From Marsupella aquatica (lineage: Eukaryota; Plantae; Marchantiophyta), in NCBI GenBank assembly GCA_973895155.1, contig OZ316896.1, positions 21,148,152 through 21,212,151 of the forward strand: a DNA stretch of 64,000 nt, given 5' to 3'. Made by a program: the position numbers and the translations under genes. The notes below the pieces were generated by a model, which had not been told where the DNA came from, did no database searches, and saw only the letters and a list, made by a program, of their open reading frames with translations. The number at the start of each line of letters is the position of its first letter. Position 1 is the stretch's first letter. Shown here piece by piece: positions 1-10,662 of the stretch.

Positions 1-322
1 TCGTATGTAGTAAAATCCTTTCCCACTATTCTTTCGTGTAAATTAAGATTGTATGCTTGTGCGTATGTATAGGTGCCAATGCTTGGCCGAATGCACTACC
101 CAAGTCGTGCACGGGGTGCAGCTTGCAGATAAGTGGTTGCGAGCCCGGGTTGAGTACCCGTATCATCGAATCCGAATCGAAGGCGGACAACACAAAGGCT
201 TAAAAAGCCGGTAAGCTGGGGTCGATCCTGCTATCGACTAAGGTACGTTCCGGCGGTGGAACACAAACCATACCTAGGAGGTGTTTGTATATGACAATAG
301 ACGCACTTAGCGCTAGTTTACG
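1..322 (+). mobile_element. 3' non-coding part of gene-bearing LTR-like element family X (copy 1, runs off the left edge of the window)
   Basis: Colinear with the reverse complement of 32145-32490 and with 28940-29283. Shared segments include GTCGTGCACGGGGTG, GGCGGACAACAC, GGGGTCGA and CTTAGCGCTAGTTTA. Confidence 0.85.
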
Positions 323-1199
323 TTGTTTGGATGACCATGTTTTTTGGTAAGAGCATGTTGACTCTTATAAAGTCAACCTTGCATGCCTATAAGTTCTACA
401 CTAAAACCAAAATGATAACTCTTGTAAGAAGGGTGGTGGGTATTAAGAAAGGTTCAGGTGAAACTAATATACTATTAAATCCTACTTCACCATACTTGCG
501 GATCAACACATCTTGGAAACTAATTTTTCTACGACATACAATCCTAATATCTCCAAGAGAAAATAAAATAGAAATGTCATCTGGACTTCTATTTAGATCC
601 ATGACTTCAATAAAGGACAAAGATCATTAAATGCACTCCCACTTCTCTCGGTAAGACACTACTGAGTATATGATTGGCTCATTAGAACTCATAACAATAG
701 TTGCAAATTGAGCTCCAAAGTGATAAGTTAAATGTTGCCTCATGGATGGCTTGTCTAAAAGATGGACTCTAACCAAAAATGGATTATGAAGGGGAAGATT
801 AGGATATCTCTCCCTCTTAGATTCATAATGATTCTTTTGTTTCTTTGCTATCCGGGCCAAAGGATGCTCCACCCCTAAGTTCCCAAAGAGACCTTGTTTC
901 CTAAGGTCTCATCTATAAGTCTACCACTCATTCCTTTGCTACCTGAGCCAAAGGATACCCCACTACTATGTACATAAGGCAAAGAATAGAAGAAAAAGAT
1001 GAGAGAAGAAAAGAGGATCGCTTTGACGCGGAAATTATCAAAATGTGAGAATGAGAAAAGAGTGTCCCTCACCACTTTATTTATATTGAATCCAATAGGG
1101 CATGGATTACACCCAAACGCTTGGATGAAAGCCAAGTGGCACACATCCAACGTAGGAATGTGTGCTAGTACTATTGCAATTAAACAAATAATGCATGTA

Positions 1200-1580
1200 A
1201 GTAAAACAACTAATGTATGCACCTAAAACAATTTGTGCATGCATGCACCTTGTGGCTTGCACATTTGCTCACCTTGCATGCGCATAAAATAACTAATGCA
1301 TGCAAATAAAAAAATTTGCATGCATCTAAAATAATTTGTGCATGCACCTTGTGACTTGTACATTTGCTCACCTTGCATGCATATAAAACAACTAATGCAT
1401 GCAAATAAAACAATTTACATGCACCTAAAACAATTTATGCATACCTTGTGGCTTGCACATTTGTTCACCTTGCATGCATATAAAATGACTATTACATGCA
1501 AATAAAACAATTTTCACATGCATCCAAACAATTTGTGCATGCATCTTGTGGTTTGCATAGTTGCTTACCTTGCATGCACA
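1200..1580. repeat. Degenerate tandem repeat, about 85-97-bp unit x4, rich in TGCATGCA
   Basis: Unit AAAACAACTAATGCATGCAAATAAAACAATTT...CCTTGTGGCTTGCACATTTGCTCACCTTGCATGCATAT recurs at about 1203, 1287, 1384 and 1481. Confidence 0.9.
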
Positions 1581-1695
1581 TACGTAATAGTCAAATTATT
1601 TACTTATCCTATAACAATATATAAATCTAACCTATATACTTACTAATATACTTAGTGGTTATGATTTTATCATGAATAATTGAATTATCATGACA

Positions 1696-1726
1696 CCGGG
1701 TTAAGGCCTAGGCTGACAACGTGACA
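1696..1726 (+). mobile_element. Terminal ...GTGACA end of family X copy 1, separated from 1-322 by an unrelated ~1.37-kb block
   Basis: CCGGGTTAAGGCCTAGGCTGACAACGTGACA matches the reverse complement of 32035-32066 (CCGAGTTAAGGCCAAGGCTGATGACGTGACA), the TSD-defined terminus of copy 3. Confidence 0.65.
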
Positions 1727-1947
1727 TTAGTCATGATAATTAAGTAGGTAATGATAAGAGTTCACGCCCAGGCTGGCTGCACGGCACCTGACTTACCGCC
1801 AGATTAGGAGCATGTTATGGTTGTTAGCTTCGGATCCGTATAACAGAGCCAATATCAAATCTCTGACACATTCTAACCCGGACCGGAGGAGTGATTGGTA
1901 AGCTTTGGGCGTGATGTATAAGCTCGGCCTATCACAAGCAAGAGGAG

Positions 1948-1980
1948 CCAATCGTGTTGACGCATTGCAGGGGTATAAAA
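1948..1980 (+). promoter_or_regulatory. Candidate Pol II promoter of family X (CCAAT box + TATAAAA)
   Basis: CCAAT at 1948-1952 and TATAAAA at 1974-1980, about 110 bp upstream of the degenerate X reading frame. Confidence 0.45.
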
Positions 1981-2160
1981 GGCAAGCTCTTTCCCGGCTT
2001 TGCCTCACCAGTTCATTCCTCGCGCTAGCTTTGAGCCTATCTCATCCTTTCAGGTCTTAGTAAGTCATTCTGCCTTTGAATACACTGCCATATGTCTGTC
2101 ACTATTATGTCCAGTTGAACTGCCATCCATTTTTGGTACCAATTCCTCTCCATTGGTAGT

Positions 2161-2455
2161 CTCGGGGGTTTCACTTCCACAAAAATGGCATATCACATGC
2201 GACGAAGGATAGGGTCATTTTATTGGTTGTAAGGGAAGACTTAAGAATTTTTGTAGAAGAACAATAGGGTCTTTTAAATTCAATTTTGAGACTTATAAGA
2301 ACATTAGGGCTTTTTAATCCAAATTTTGGAATATTCCAAGAATATTCCAACTTTATAGGGGTTAAAAAATAATTTTTTTTCTTACATTTTAGGGGGTCCA
2401 AGGCCTAAAAACGTCGCAGGTGATGTGGAGGTCCCCATGTAGTGAGACCCCCGAG
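2161..2455 (+). mobile_element. MITE family A copy 1 (295 bp)
   Basis: TIR CTCGGGGGT...ACCCCCGAG. 8-bp TSD TTGGTAGT/TTGGTAAT (one mismatch). Near-identical to 11807-12103 and 30336-30631. Confidence 0.95.
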
Positions 2456-3100
2456 TTGGTAATCATCTTGCGGCCTCACTTGCGCAACATAACCGGGCGT
2501 TCTCATTACAACAATGACCCCAAGCTCTGTTTGAGAGCAAGTATTGCAAGGACGCACAAATTTTTGAGTTCTTCTTCGAGGGAACCAAGTACCTCGGGTT
2601 TGGGAAAGCACTCCTTCGGCTTCCGGATAAGGTCTTTGAGATCCCTGATCATAGTATTCATTAAAACAGGAAATTTAAAAGTCCAGATTGTGATCCTCAA
2701 ATTTACATTCTTGTCTCTAAAAAGTCCATTAATTTTGCTCCAAATAAACAATTTTCAAGACTAAATATACACTCTTTTTGGTTTAAAATTACACTTTTGC
2801 ACTCCAAATTTGATTTTAATCAATTAATCAAATACAGAAAATATTAATATTAATTGTATTTGAAATTAAATAGATAAGTGACAAACATGTATCATTTGGT
2901 CAAAAACTCATGATTAAATTCAAAGTTAGATTAATCATCTCATTTATCATAACATATATTCAAGGTTGGCTAGCCATAATGTCGATCCTACTCCAATGGT
3001 CAAGCTAGTGTAAAGTCCAAAGTAGTTTTATGACCTGTGAAATAGAAAAATGATTGCATGACTCCAATCTTGTGTCCTACAATGTATTGAAACATAATGA

Positions 3101-4177
3101 TTAATCATCTAAAATTTCAAATTCTATGCCTCCATGAATATGTCTACATGACTGATTTGAACAAGTGAGTCGCTCTCCATTTGGGTCATATAGTCTGTCA
3201 CGAGTGCAAGTGTCTTTGGGATAACGGTTTTTAAATTTAGAGGTGAGATCCCTAGTCTTTAGAACTTCCCAGACAAATCGACGAGGATTTTCTCTGAAGG
3301 GACTTGCATAAGACTCGCCCAAACAGTTGTTGACCACATCTTTCATATCATCTTCGGTCAAGTTCTCAAATGTAGGGTAGGATTGTACCATATCCCTCAC
3401 TTCCCAACATATCTCATCTCCAGTGACATCCAAGATGGTATACTCAATCTTGGAACGCCAAATCTTACTTCCCCACTTATGGGAAAGTAAAGCATAGATT
3501 GCAGCATTACTTTCATGGTCATCATTTATATTAACAAATGACCAAAGTGGATTGTTGACAAATATATATTGTCGGATGTCATAAGCCTTCCACAATTTTC
3601 TAAGGAATGGCCAAAGTATCTCTAGTAGAAAAGTGTCACTCTTGGCAATGTGTGAGAAGGGAGTTGGGAACAAACCACTATACTGTGGATTTGCAAAAGC
3701 CTTCACTGGAGAGTCATCAATAAGTAGAGTGTTTGTATCATCATACTTGTCTCCAAAACGACTCCACACCACACGCAAATCCTTCAACATAATATTTGCT
3801 TTCCCATCTGCTACGTCCGGTCTTTTTATGCTAGTACGTATCAAAAGCATCTTCTTGTGTGAAAACAAATTTAAATTGCCTCCGCTCCTCTTCTTTGAAA
3901 ATCAAATTCATCATTTCATTAGTTCTTGGCCTCCCCGCACAAGTCCACAATGCGACATCAAAACCTTTGAAAGCCACATCCAAAAATTGGTGCAACCCTG
4001 GCCTTTCCACGTACATGAAATTGAATCCACCCCATCTCCCCCAATGCACACCCCGCACGGTTGTTGTAGATCTTAACGGTCCCGAGCTTTTTGTTTTGAC
4101 GCAATCCCAACAAATTTGGTCAGGTCCAAAATCAAGAGTTTTCTTCTTATATCAGAGTGCAATTTAGGAGTGAAATC
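3101..4177 (-). pseudogene. FCP1/NIF-homology HAD phosphatase domain (frameshifted), transposon cargo
   Basis: Motifs RRKLLILDLT (N-terminal HAD strand, about 4100-4150), YVERPGLHQFLDVAFKGFDVALWTCA and LKDLRVVW...NTLLIDDSPVKAFANPQYSGLFPTPF. Spread over three frames after an acceptor TTTGCAG at about 4178. Confidence 0.85.
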
Positions 4178-4207
4178 TGCAAAGATCCAAATGAATCAAA
4201 ATTATAT

Positions 4208-5276
4208 CTAAAAGATATAAAAGAAGAACTTAGGGTCGAACCTGGATCGACCCGACCTAATGGGGAAAACAAACATATCATTTTTTAATGTCAAAGCATT
4301 TTGATATATCAATGTAGAAGTACCTTGCTCAAATGCTTTGTCTTGGACCAGGGTACCGCTTGCTGAAGGTAGACCAATAATATCCTTCGATGGAAGAGAT
4401 GCTATGACAAAACTTTGGTCTGTCCATATATGATTTCCAAACATAATATTTTAGATTATTGTGAAAAATAGAAGAACGAAACCATAATATTAGCCTCCAC
4501 TACTAAAAGACCCATATTCATCTATCATTTTATCACCTAGATCACTTTGGATATCGAAATTGACGCCAACAGGAAGCTGCTCCACCAACGTTGGCGGCGC
4601 AAACACTGGACTCAATCTCAATTTGTCTATTATGTAATCAGGTTTGACCATTAACTTAGGCGCATCCTCCAACGTTTCTTTCAATCCAACTTTAGGTCCA
4701 TTTCTCCAAATGAAATGAGTTGCATGACGGACTGTCTTCATATATCCTGTTCTACCTATCTCAGATCCAGACTTTTGAGACAAGCGTAATATTATGGGGC
4801 TTCCGCTTGACATCCTTGTGAAGACCAATTTATTCCCTGACAAAAAAAATTGAGGAGACTCGAAACAAGTTGAAGCACCTGCCTCTTCAGCTTCAACATT
4901 TGTTGTCTCTCCAAGTGGAATGTTGTCTTCAATCGCTTGTGCAATACCAACTTGTAGGTCCGTGGTGGGTGTAGTGGCCCCAATATTCTGCCAACCTGCA
5001 TCCAATGTGCACGATACCTGCGGTCTCTCAGGATGCAATTTTGATACTTCAGGGTTGAGAGGATTTGCTGGAGGGTCGCCCTATCACTATGTCAAGTTGA
5101 GGTAGCCCTTCAACACCGTAGGTAGTAATGCCAACCATTTCTGTTGCTCGAGCATCCCAATTTCCGCCAAAATCCTCCTCTACCATAGGACTTGAACCTC
5201 CATCATCATGCTGCAACTCACCATCCTCAAGGTCAACTCGCTGAGGGCCCGGTTGGGGGTTGCCATAGGCCCGCAA
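4208..5276 (-). pseudogene. Linker/unknown region of the cargo gene between the MTase-like and phosphatase modules
   Basis: ORFs 5049-5276, 4490-5038 and 4208-4444 are consecutive. The last two share a frame, separated only by TAA stops. No domain recognised. Confidence 0.5.
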
Positions 5277-6743
5277 AGAACACTTAGATGAGCTCTACTA
5301 GGACCATGTACTCCCATCCGCTCTTTCATAAGGGAGGGAATCCTGTTGCACAAAACCCTTGCATATGCTTGGGTGAAATGGTGTTCTTGCAAAGTGTCTG
5401 AATAGACAAAACAATCTCGGTATGCCAACAAGGCCACCTTCAAAACCTGCCCTCCTGAAAAAAATCGAGGATAGTCTCCCCCTCACCGGAAAAACATTCA
5501 ATAATATTTTTGAGCATGTGTCGAGGCTTGGCATGCGGATTGACAAATCCTCCTCAACTTCCGACCATCTCAAACATTGGAGCTTGCCGCAATAAATCTG
5601 CCATATCAAATGCGGGAGACTGCTCCTCTATCTCATTCTCTTTTCCCTTGCTTTTCTCTTGCTTGTCAGCCTTCACTTCAATATTGAAATCACAGTCAAC
5701 ATCGGGGTGAAAACTAAATTTTGAATTGAACTGTGGCTTAAACAATTGATTCCAATCAAAATTGTCTTCACCTGTAATTCCAGCAAAAATGACCTGCTCA
5801 ATAGCTCCTGTAAAAATTAAGCCCTGCGGATTTGGGCGATCTTCCCGATCATAACTCCCGTTCAACATGGATGGCCAAACGCTTTTCATGTCCTAATTTC
5901 CTTAGGGCACTCAAGATGTTGGCTGGAAGTGGCCCTGGATGAGTAGTCATGACAACTACAATGGTTGTATTCCTTGGCAACTCCACAATATATTGGAGCA
6001 ATACAAAAATTTCCGAATCTGTCCATTCATGTTGTCGTGCCCTACTAAAATCAACAATTGCAAGTGGACACATTGGCGTCGCCTCTTCCAATAACTCTGG
6101 CATGGTTGTCTTCATTAGATTCTCACTGAAGAACGTCAAGAAAGGCTCTGTTCGTGTGCGCCCAACTCCACCAAATTGTTTGCAGTACAACCCGTCTAAT
6201 CTCACCATTAGACTTTGAGGGAAAGCCTCCTTTACAATGTTCTTCCTTAATAAATTGCTAAGGTAGACCTCCCCAGTTGCTCTTCGCAATTTTGTCAACT
6301 CAAGTTGAGATCCCAAGGCCGACATGATGTTGACCACCGAAGCCCACGATGTCCCCCCGGGAAACTTCTCTTTGTGCTTCTCAACAAAGTACTCAACAAT
6401 GACTTGCTTCAATTTAGTCATTACCTTGATGGTATGAGCCATATCTGGCATTGACACCATCCATCTTGTTGGAGGCATCTTTCTTGAGAAGTGCTTTCTT
6501 CTCATAAACCGCGGTCAATATATCAATGATATCCTTAAAACTGATCTCCCCTTCAAAACATCTAAAAAGAGTTGGTGTGACCAACTTTAGTGGTTGCAGC
6601 CCACCATACTCTCGTGCCAACCAATCCCAACAAACAGTTTGCCATAAATGGAAAAGCTTATCCTCAGCAAAGAGCAACCAAAAAATGGCTTTCAGGCTCG
6701 ACTTTCCCATTGTTATCTTTGCGAGGGCAAACCAATCCTGCAT
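5180..6743 (-). pseudogene. Beta-class N4/N6 DNA methyltransferase-like module (frameshifted; catalytic motif IV degenerate)
   Basis: Manual translation of 5553-5400 across a 1-bp frameshift in an A7 run gives GGFVNPHAKPRHMLKNIIECFSGEGETILDFF/SGGQVLKVALLAYRDCFVYSD. This matches the HPxxKP..LI..S..GD.VLDPFxGSG...A...R.F consensus. Upstream PLAIVDFSR...W sits where LIxTDPPY is expected. Confidence 0.7.
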
Positions 6744-6871
6744 TTACATTCATCCACCAAAAAACATGTTAGATGTTTAAACTTAGAAACTTCAACTTCT
6801 CTGCCTCGCCCCTAGAGCGAGGTGAAGAAAATGACAAAGCCATATGAAAATGGTTGGGGCAATCATTGTAT

Positions 6872-8490
6872 TCATAGTTCAATTCCGTTCGGGTCGCTCC
6901 AAGAGCGAGGCAAAATTAAACTACAGTTCCAACTAATGAAAATATTTACCTGGTATTTCTGGTTGTATGTACTTTGGTTTGTTCCAATTCCTGGACACGG
7001 TGGTTTCCCACATTCATCAAATTGCCTTCTCGCATGAACAACTGTCTCTAGAAAACAAGACTTAAACTGCATGGTCTGATTTACTGCATTTGAAAGGCTC
7101 GAGTGCTCGACCAAAATTGCCCTTGGAGTGAGGTCTGATAAGATCCTTGCTTTCCGATATTGGAGTTTGCTAGCAAGATCAGTTAGCTTGGCATCCTTGT
7201 CTGCCCACCCTTGAATCCATTGTGTAGCCTTTGCGGAATGTTGCCCACTGATTGCAAGAAATTGTATCTCTTGCTTCTTAACACCAAACAAAAACTGTTT
7301 CCAATCGTGTGCGACATTGTCAAAATGTAACAACTGCTTAGTGCGCTCTAGAAATGGAATCAAATCTGCAACATGTGGTTCCTGGCCAAGGTTTTTCATA
7401 ATTGATTTTGCTATCTCTAAGGCATGAGCCTGGTTGAACATCCGATACACAAAAACTGCAGTAGGCGGAAGAATACTTTTAACCGGGATTTCAAAAACCT
7501 CCCTGATTCCAAAAGTGTAGTATTGCTCAATGTTCCGCAAAGCTTTCTGCCCCTCCAATACATCTCGTTCCTCTAGTGCATCTGTTGGGCATGTATCATC
7601 CTTCGGATCCAAGACCAACCTTGCTTTTGACGCTAACACGGGGTTTGATTTTCCAATCTTGGCCTTCTTCTTGGGCTTCTTGGCGGAGTCCTTATCTTTC
7701 TTCTTCAACGCCGCCTTTTTTCCTCTAGTACTTCCTTCACTCCTTGGCTCTCTTTGTTTTCTCTTCTTCTGTGTTTCAGCCGGCGTCATTTCTTTGGCCT
7801 TCATCTTCATCTTCCCCTTACCTCGATGCTTTTCTTCCTTCTTCTTTTGAGTTGAAATCCACTTCATGCAAGCATCTTCGTCAAACTCGTCAGAGAAAAT
7901 AAAACTCTTATCAATTGCTTGCTCATATGAAAAGCGTGCTGTTTCAATCATCCTCTAGACAACCCATGTGTTAGGAAGATCTATAAGGTCCGAATGATCA
8001 TGCATGTACCGCTTCACAGAGAGGAATCCAAAGACAACATCAACCCCACTCAATTGAATTTTCCATGCCTCTCAAGAACATCCTCTGCAGTGAACCCATC
8101 TGGAAGAAATCCCATTGAACAAATACTAGCCTCCAAGTGTGCTATCCACTCCACGTTGATAATTGATGAGTACATCTTGATTGGCAAGTAAAGTCTCATC
8201 CACTGAGATCTTTCTCTGGATTCAATAATGATTGTAACATTGCGGTTATCACTGCAATTTACAAGGACCACAGGGCCCAACGCAACTATCTTCTTGTCGT
8301 TCATTGTCTCAGTAGTGATTGCCTTGATACAAATCATTGACAAGTCATTCTCCATGATCCCTACTTCAAGTGCCCACGAAAATCCTGCCTTATCTTGTCC
8401 AGGGAAAATAAAGTCCTTGACATCCTCGACCATAATATTTAACTCTGGGGATCTAAGTTGTTCCCCTGGCAAAACAAATTGAAACGACAA
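6872..8490 (-). pseudogene. N-terminal part of the cargo gene: basic region plus ParB/Srx-like domain
   Basis: FEIPVKSILPP..VYRMFNQAHALEIAKSIM..PHVADLIP...FLAISGQHSAKA resembles the ParB N-terminal fold (R..n..hv..l...I; viGGqHR..A). An intron CAG|GTAAAT (about 6949) to TGCAG (about 6739) links it to the next exon. Confidence 0.65.
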
Positions 8491-8569
8491 ACATTAAAGC
8501 AAGAGATCTTCTGTGTCGCCTTGCCCCTAGAGCGAGCTGGAGACAAGGTTTGCATCAACAAACATGTGG

Positions 8570-8878
8570 GTTGGGTCGCTCCTGGAGCGACCCTAGGAAA
8601 ACTTAAATCAAGGTCCAACCAACAACAAATTTGGATCGCTCCTGGAGCAACCTTAGGAAAACTTAAATCAAGGTCCAACCAACAACAAATTTGGGTCGCT
8701 CCTGGAGCGACCCTAGGAAAACTTAAATCAAGGTCCAACCAACAACAAAGTTGGGTCGCTCCTGGAGCGACCCTAGGAAAACTTAAATCAAGGTCCAACC
8801 AACAACAAAGTTGGGTCGCTCTTGGAGCGACCCACGACAAATCTTAGGCAAGATAGGGTCGCTCTAAGAGCGACCCTT
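8570..8878. repeat. 60-bp tandem repeat carrying the palindrome GGGTCGCTC-CTG-GAGCGACCC (6 palindromes)
   Basis: Palindromes at about 8573, 8633, 8693, 8753, 8813 and 8856. The first five are separated by a near-constant spacer TAGGAAAACTTAAATCAAGGTCCAACCAACAACAAA(T/G)TT. Confidence 0.95.
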
Positions 8879-10134
8879 CAAAGACTAACTTGCATCAATT
8901 GTTGAATCATACTTACGTGGAACTGTGATATGAAATCCCTTTGAGGCGGCCAAAGTGGATTCCACCGACATCTTTAGTAAAGTGTCTTGAGAATCATACT
9001 CAAAGATTTTACTAGAATCAAAGTTCAGGGACTACCCAAAACTAGAAGTGCTAGTAGAATCATCAGAACTAGAGAAAGTGGCCATTGAAAAATGCCTCAC
9101 AAACGTTTAGATGACACGTGGCAACCTAGGATACAAGAATGCCTATAGCTAGACCACACCACGGAGCAAGGCTACAGAGCGAGGAAAAAAATCTACTATG
9201 AGCAAGGCAAAATCAACAGAGCGAGGCAAGAAAATCTACTATGAGCGAGGCAAGAAGGAGGAGGGAAACCAGGGCAGCCGGGCAAGAAGACAATGAGGCA
9301 AATGAGGTAATGTCTTTGCCTTTTGCCTTCCTATACCCTCATTGCCACGGCCGATCCTACCTGCGACCCCCAGCCACGGTTGATCGTACCTTCAACGCCC
9401 AGCCATGGCCGATCGTACCTTTGCCTTATACAACCCAGCCACTTGCTCCCTTCCACGCGCCTGTGAACTCGCAACCCTCATAATGACCTAGCTGTACCGG
9501 TATCCATAGATTTTGAAAAATGATGCACGGTCGTACGGATGTCCATAGAATGCCGATCAAAGTAATCAGACTTTCAGCCGCTCGATGTTGTGAACCCCTA
9601 ACAAACTTGGCTAAAGCCTGCTCACAAATGGTATAACGCTCTACAATTCCAATCATTTCTCTCTTTTGTATGGCGCGTGCGTTTCTGGTCATTGCTCACT
9701 CTCAGTCTCGCCCTTCGGCCCTTGTCTATCTTGCTTCTGTTCGGTGACTGATTTGACTGACTTGGACATTTATGGTTACAAGAGTTTGTGCAAGGAAAGT
9801 CCTGTTTCAAGTACATTGCATTAGTTTTGGTGTCCTTGGTTAGCGACACATCTTCTACAGTCCTTAAGAGAGGTATCACTTCATCTACCATTCTCTTAAT
9901 TTCTTTATGATATCCACCAAATATTTGGCCCTAGCTTTATCTTAATATATGGACCAAACTAAGCCCTAGATAATGTAGGGTTCCTAACTACACACTCGTC
10001 TACCCACATGTCTACACACTTCAATGGTCTAATTCAGCTTAATCATTCCCATGATTTATTCATTTCCATATTTTCTCTTTTCCTTCACAATTCTTGCTTC
10101 TCCAGGAGTGTGCTCGTCTTTTCTTGCTCTCCCC

Positions 10135-10485
10135 TTGCCTCGCTCCAAGAGCGTCATACACTTACCTTTCATCAGGAGCATCCTGCCCTTTCTTTTCTCC
10201 AAGGGCATCCGCTCTCCATTGCCTCGCCCTCGGAGCGTCCCTCAACCGCTTCGCCCCTAGAACGACCCTCATTCACCTTGCCCCTAGAGCGTCTCTCCAT
10301 CGCCTCACCCCTAGAGCGACCCTCATTCACCTCGCCCCTAGAGCGTCCCTCCATTGCCTCGCCCCTAGAGCGACCCTCCATCGCCTCGCCCCTAGAGCGA
10401 CCCTCATTCACCTCGCCCTAGAGCATCCCTCAATCGCCTCGCCCCTAGAGCGTCATAACCTTGCCTCGCTCCAAGAGCGTCCCTG
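10135..10485. repeat. ~30-bp tandem repeat with core CTCGCCCCTAGAGCG (~10 copies)
   Basis: Repeated CCTCGCCCCTAGAGCGACCCTC(ATTCA/CATCG). The core is a variant of the 8.6-kb palindrome. Confidence 0.9.
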
Positions 10486-10662
10486 ACCTTAGAATCCTGT
10501 TGTGTAAAGCCAATACTAATAAACTCCCAAATATATTTTTTCCTTTAAATAGAATTCAAATGTTTAGATCTAAAATTGTAATATCTAGAGTAGTGCTTAT
10601 CAGTATGCACATCAGCTGAACAATTTTTAAATGTTTTTGGATGCAGAGATCCTTTCGTTACC

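Noticed and set aside
300-322. Helitron 3' end at GCGCTAGT (also at 29272 and 32150)
   Set aside because: Homology between copies 2 and 3 continues past the CTAG to a ...GTGACA end with a 5-bp TSD, and there is no convincing subterminal hairpin.
3859-4167. Plus-strand ORF containing VVVDLNG, resembling a NIF phosphatase motif
   Set aside because: Coincidental. All other phosphatase motifs are on the minus strand, where KLLILDLT occupies the expected position.
5180-7951. Bacterial contamination or prophage (ParB + methyltransferase)
   Set aside because: The gene has spliceosomal introns and lies within the TIRs of a eukaryotic transposon nested in plant-type TEs.
8570-8878. CRISPR-like array (palindromic repeat at regular spacing)
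   Set aside because: The spacers are essentially identical, there are no cas genes and the context is eukaryotic. It is a tandem repeat.
8439-10486. ORFs 8439-8840, 8458-8847 and 10008-10486 as proteins
   Set aside because: They are translations of tandem repeats with no domain content.
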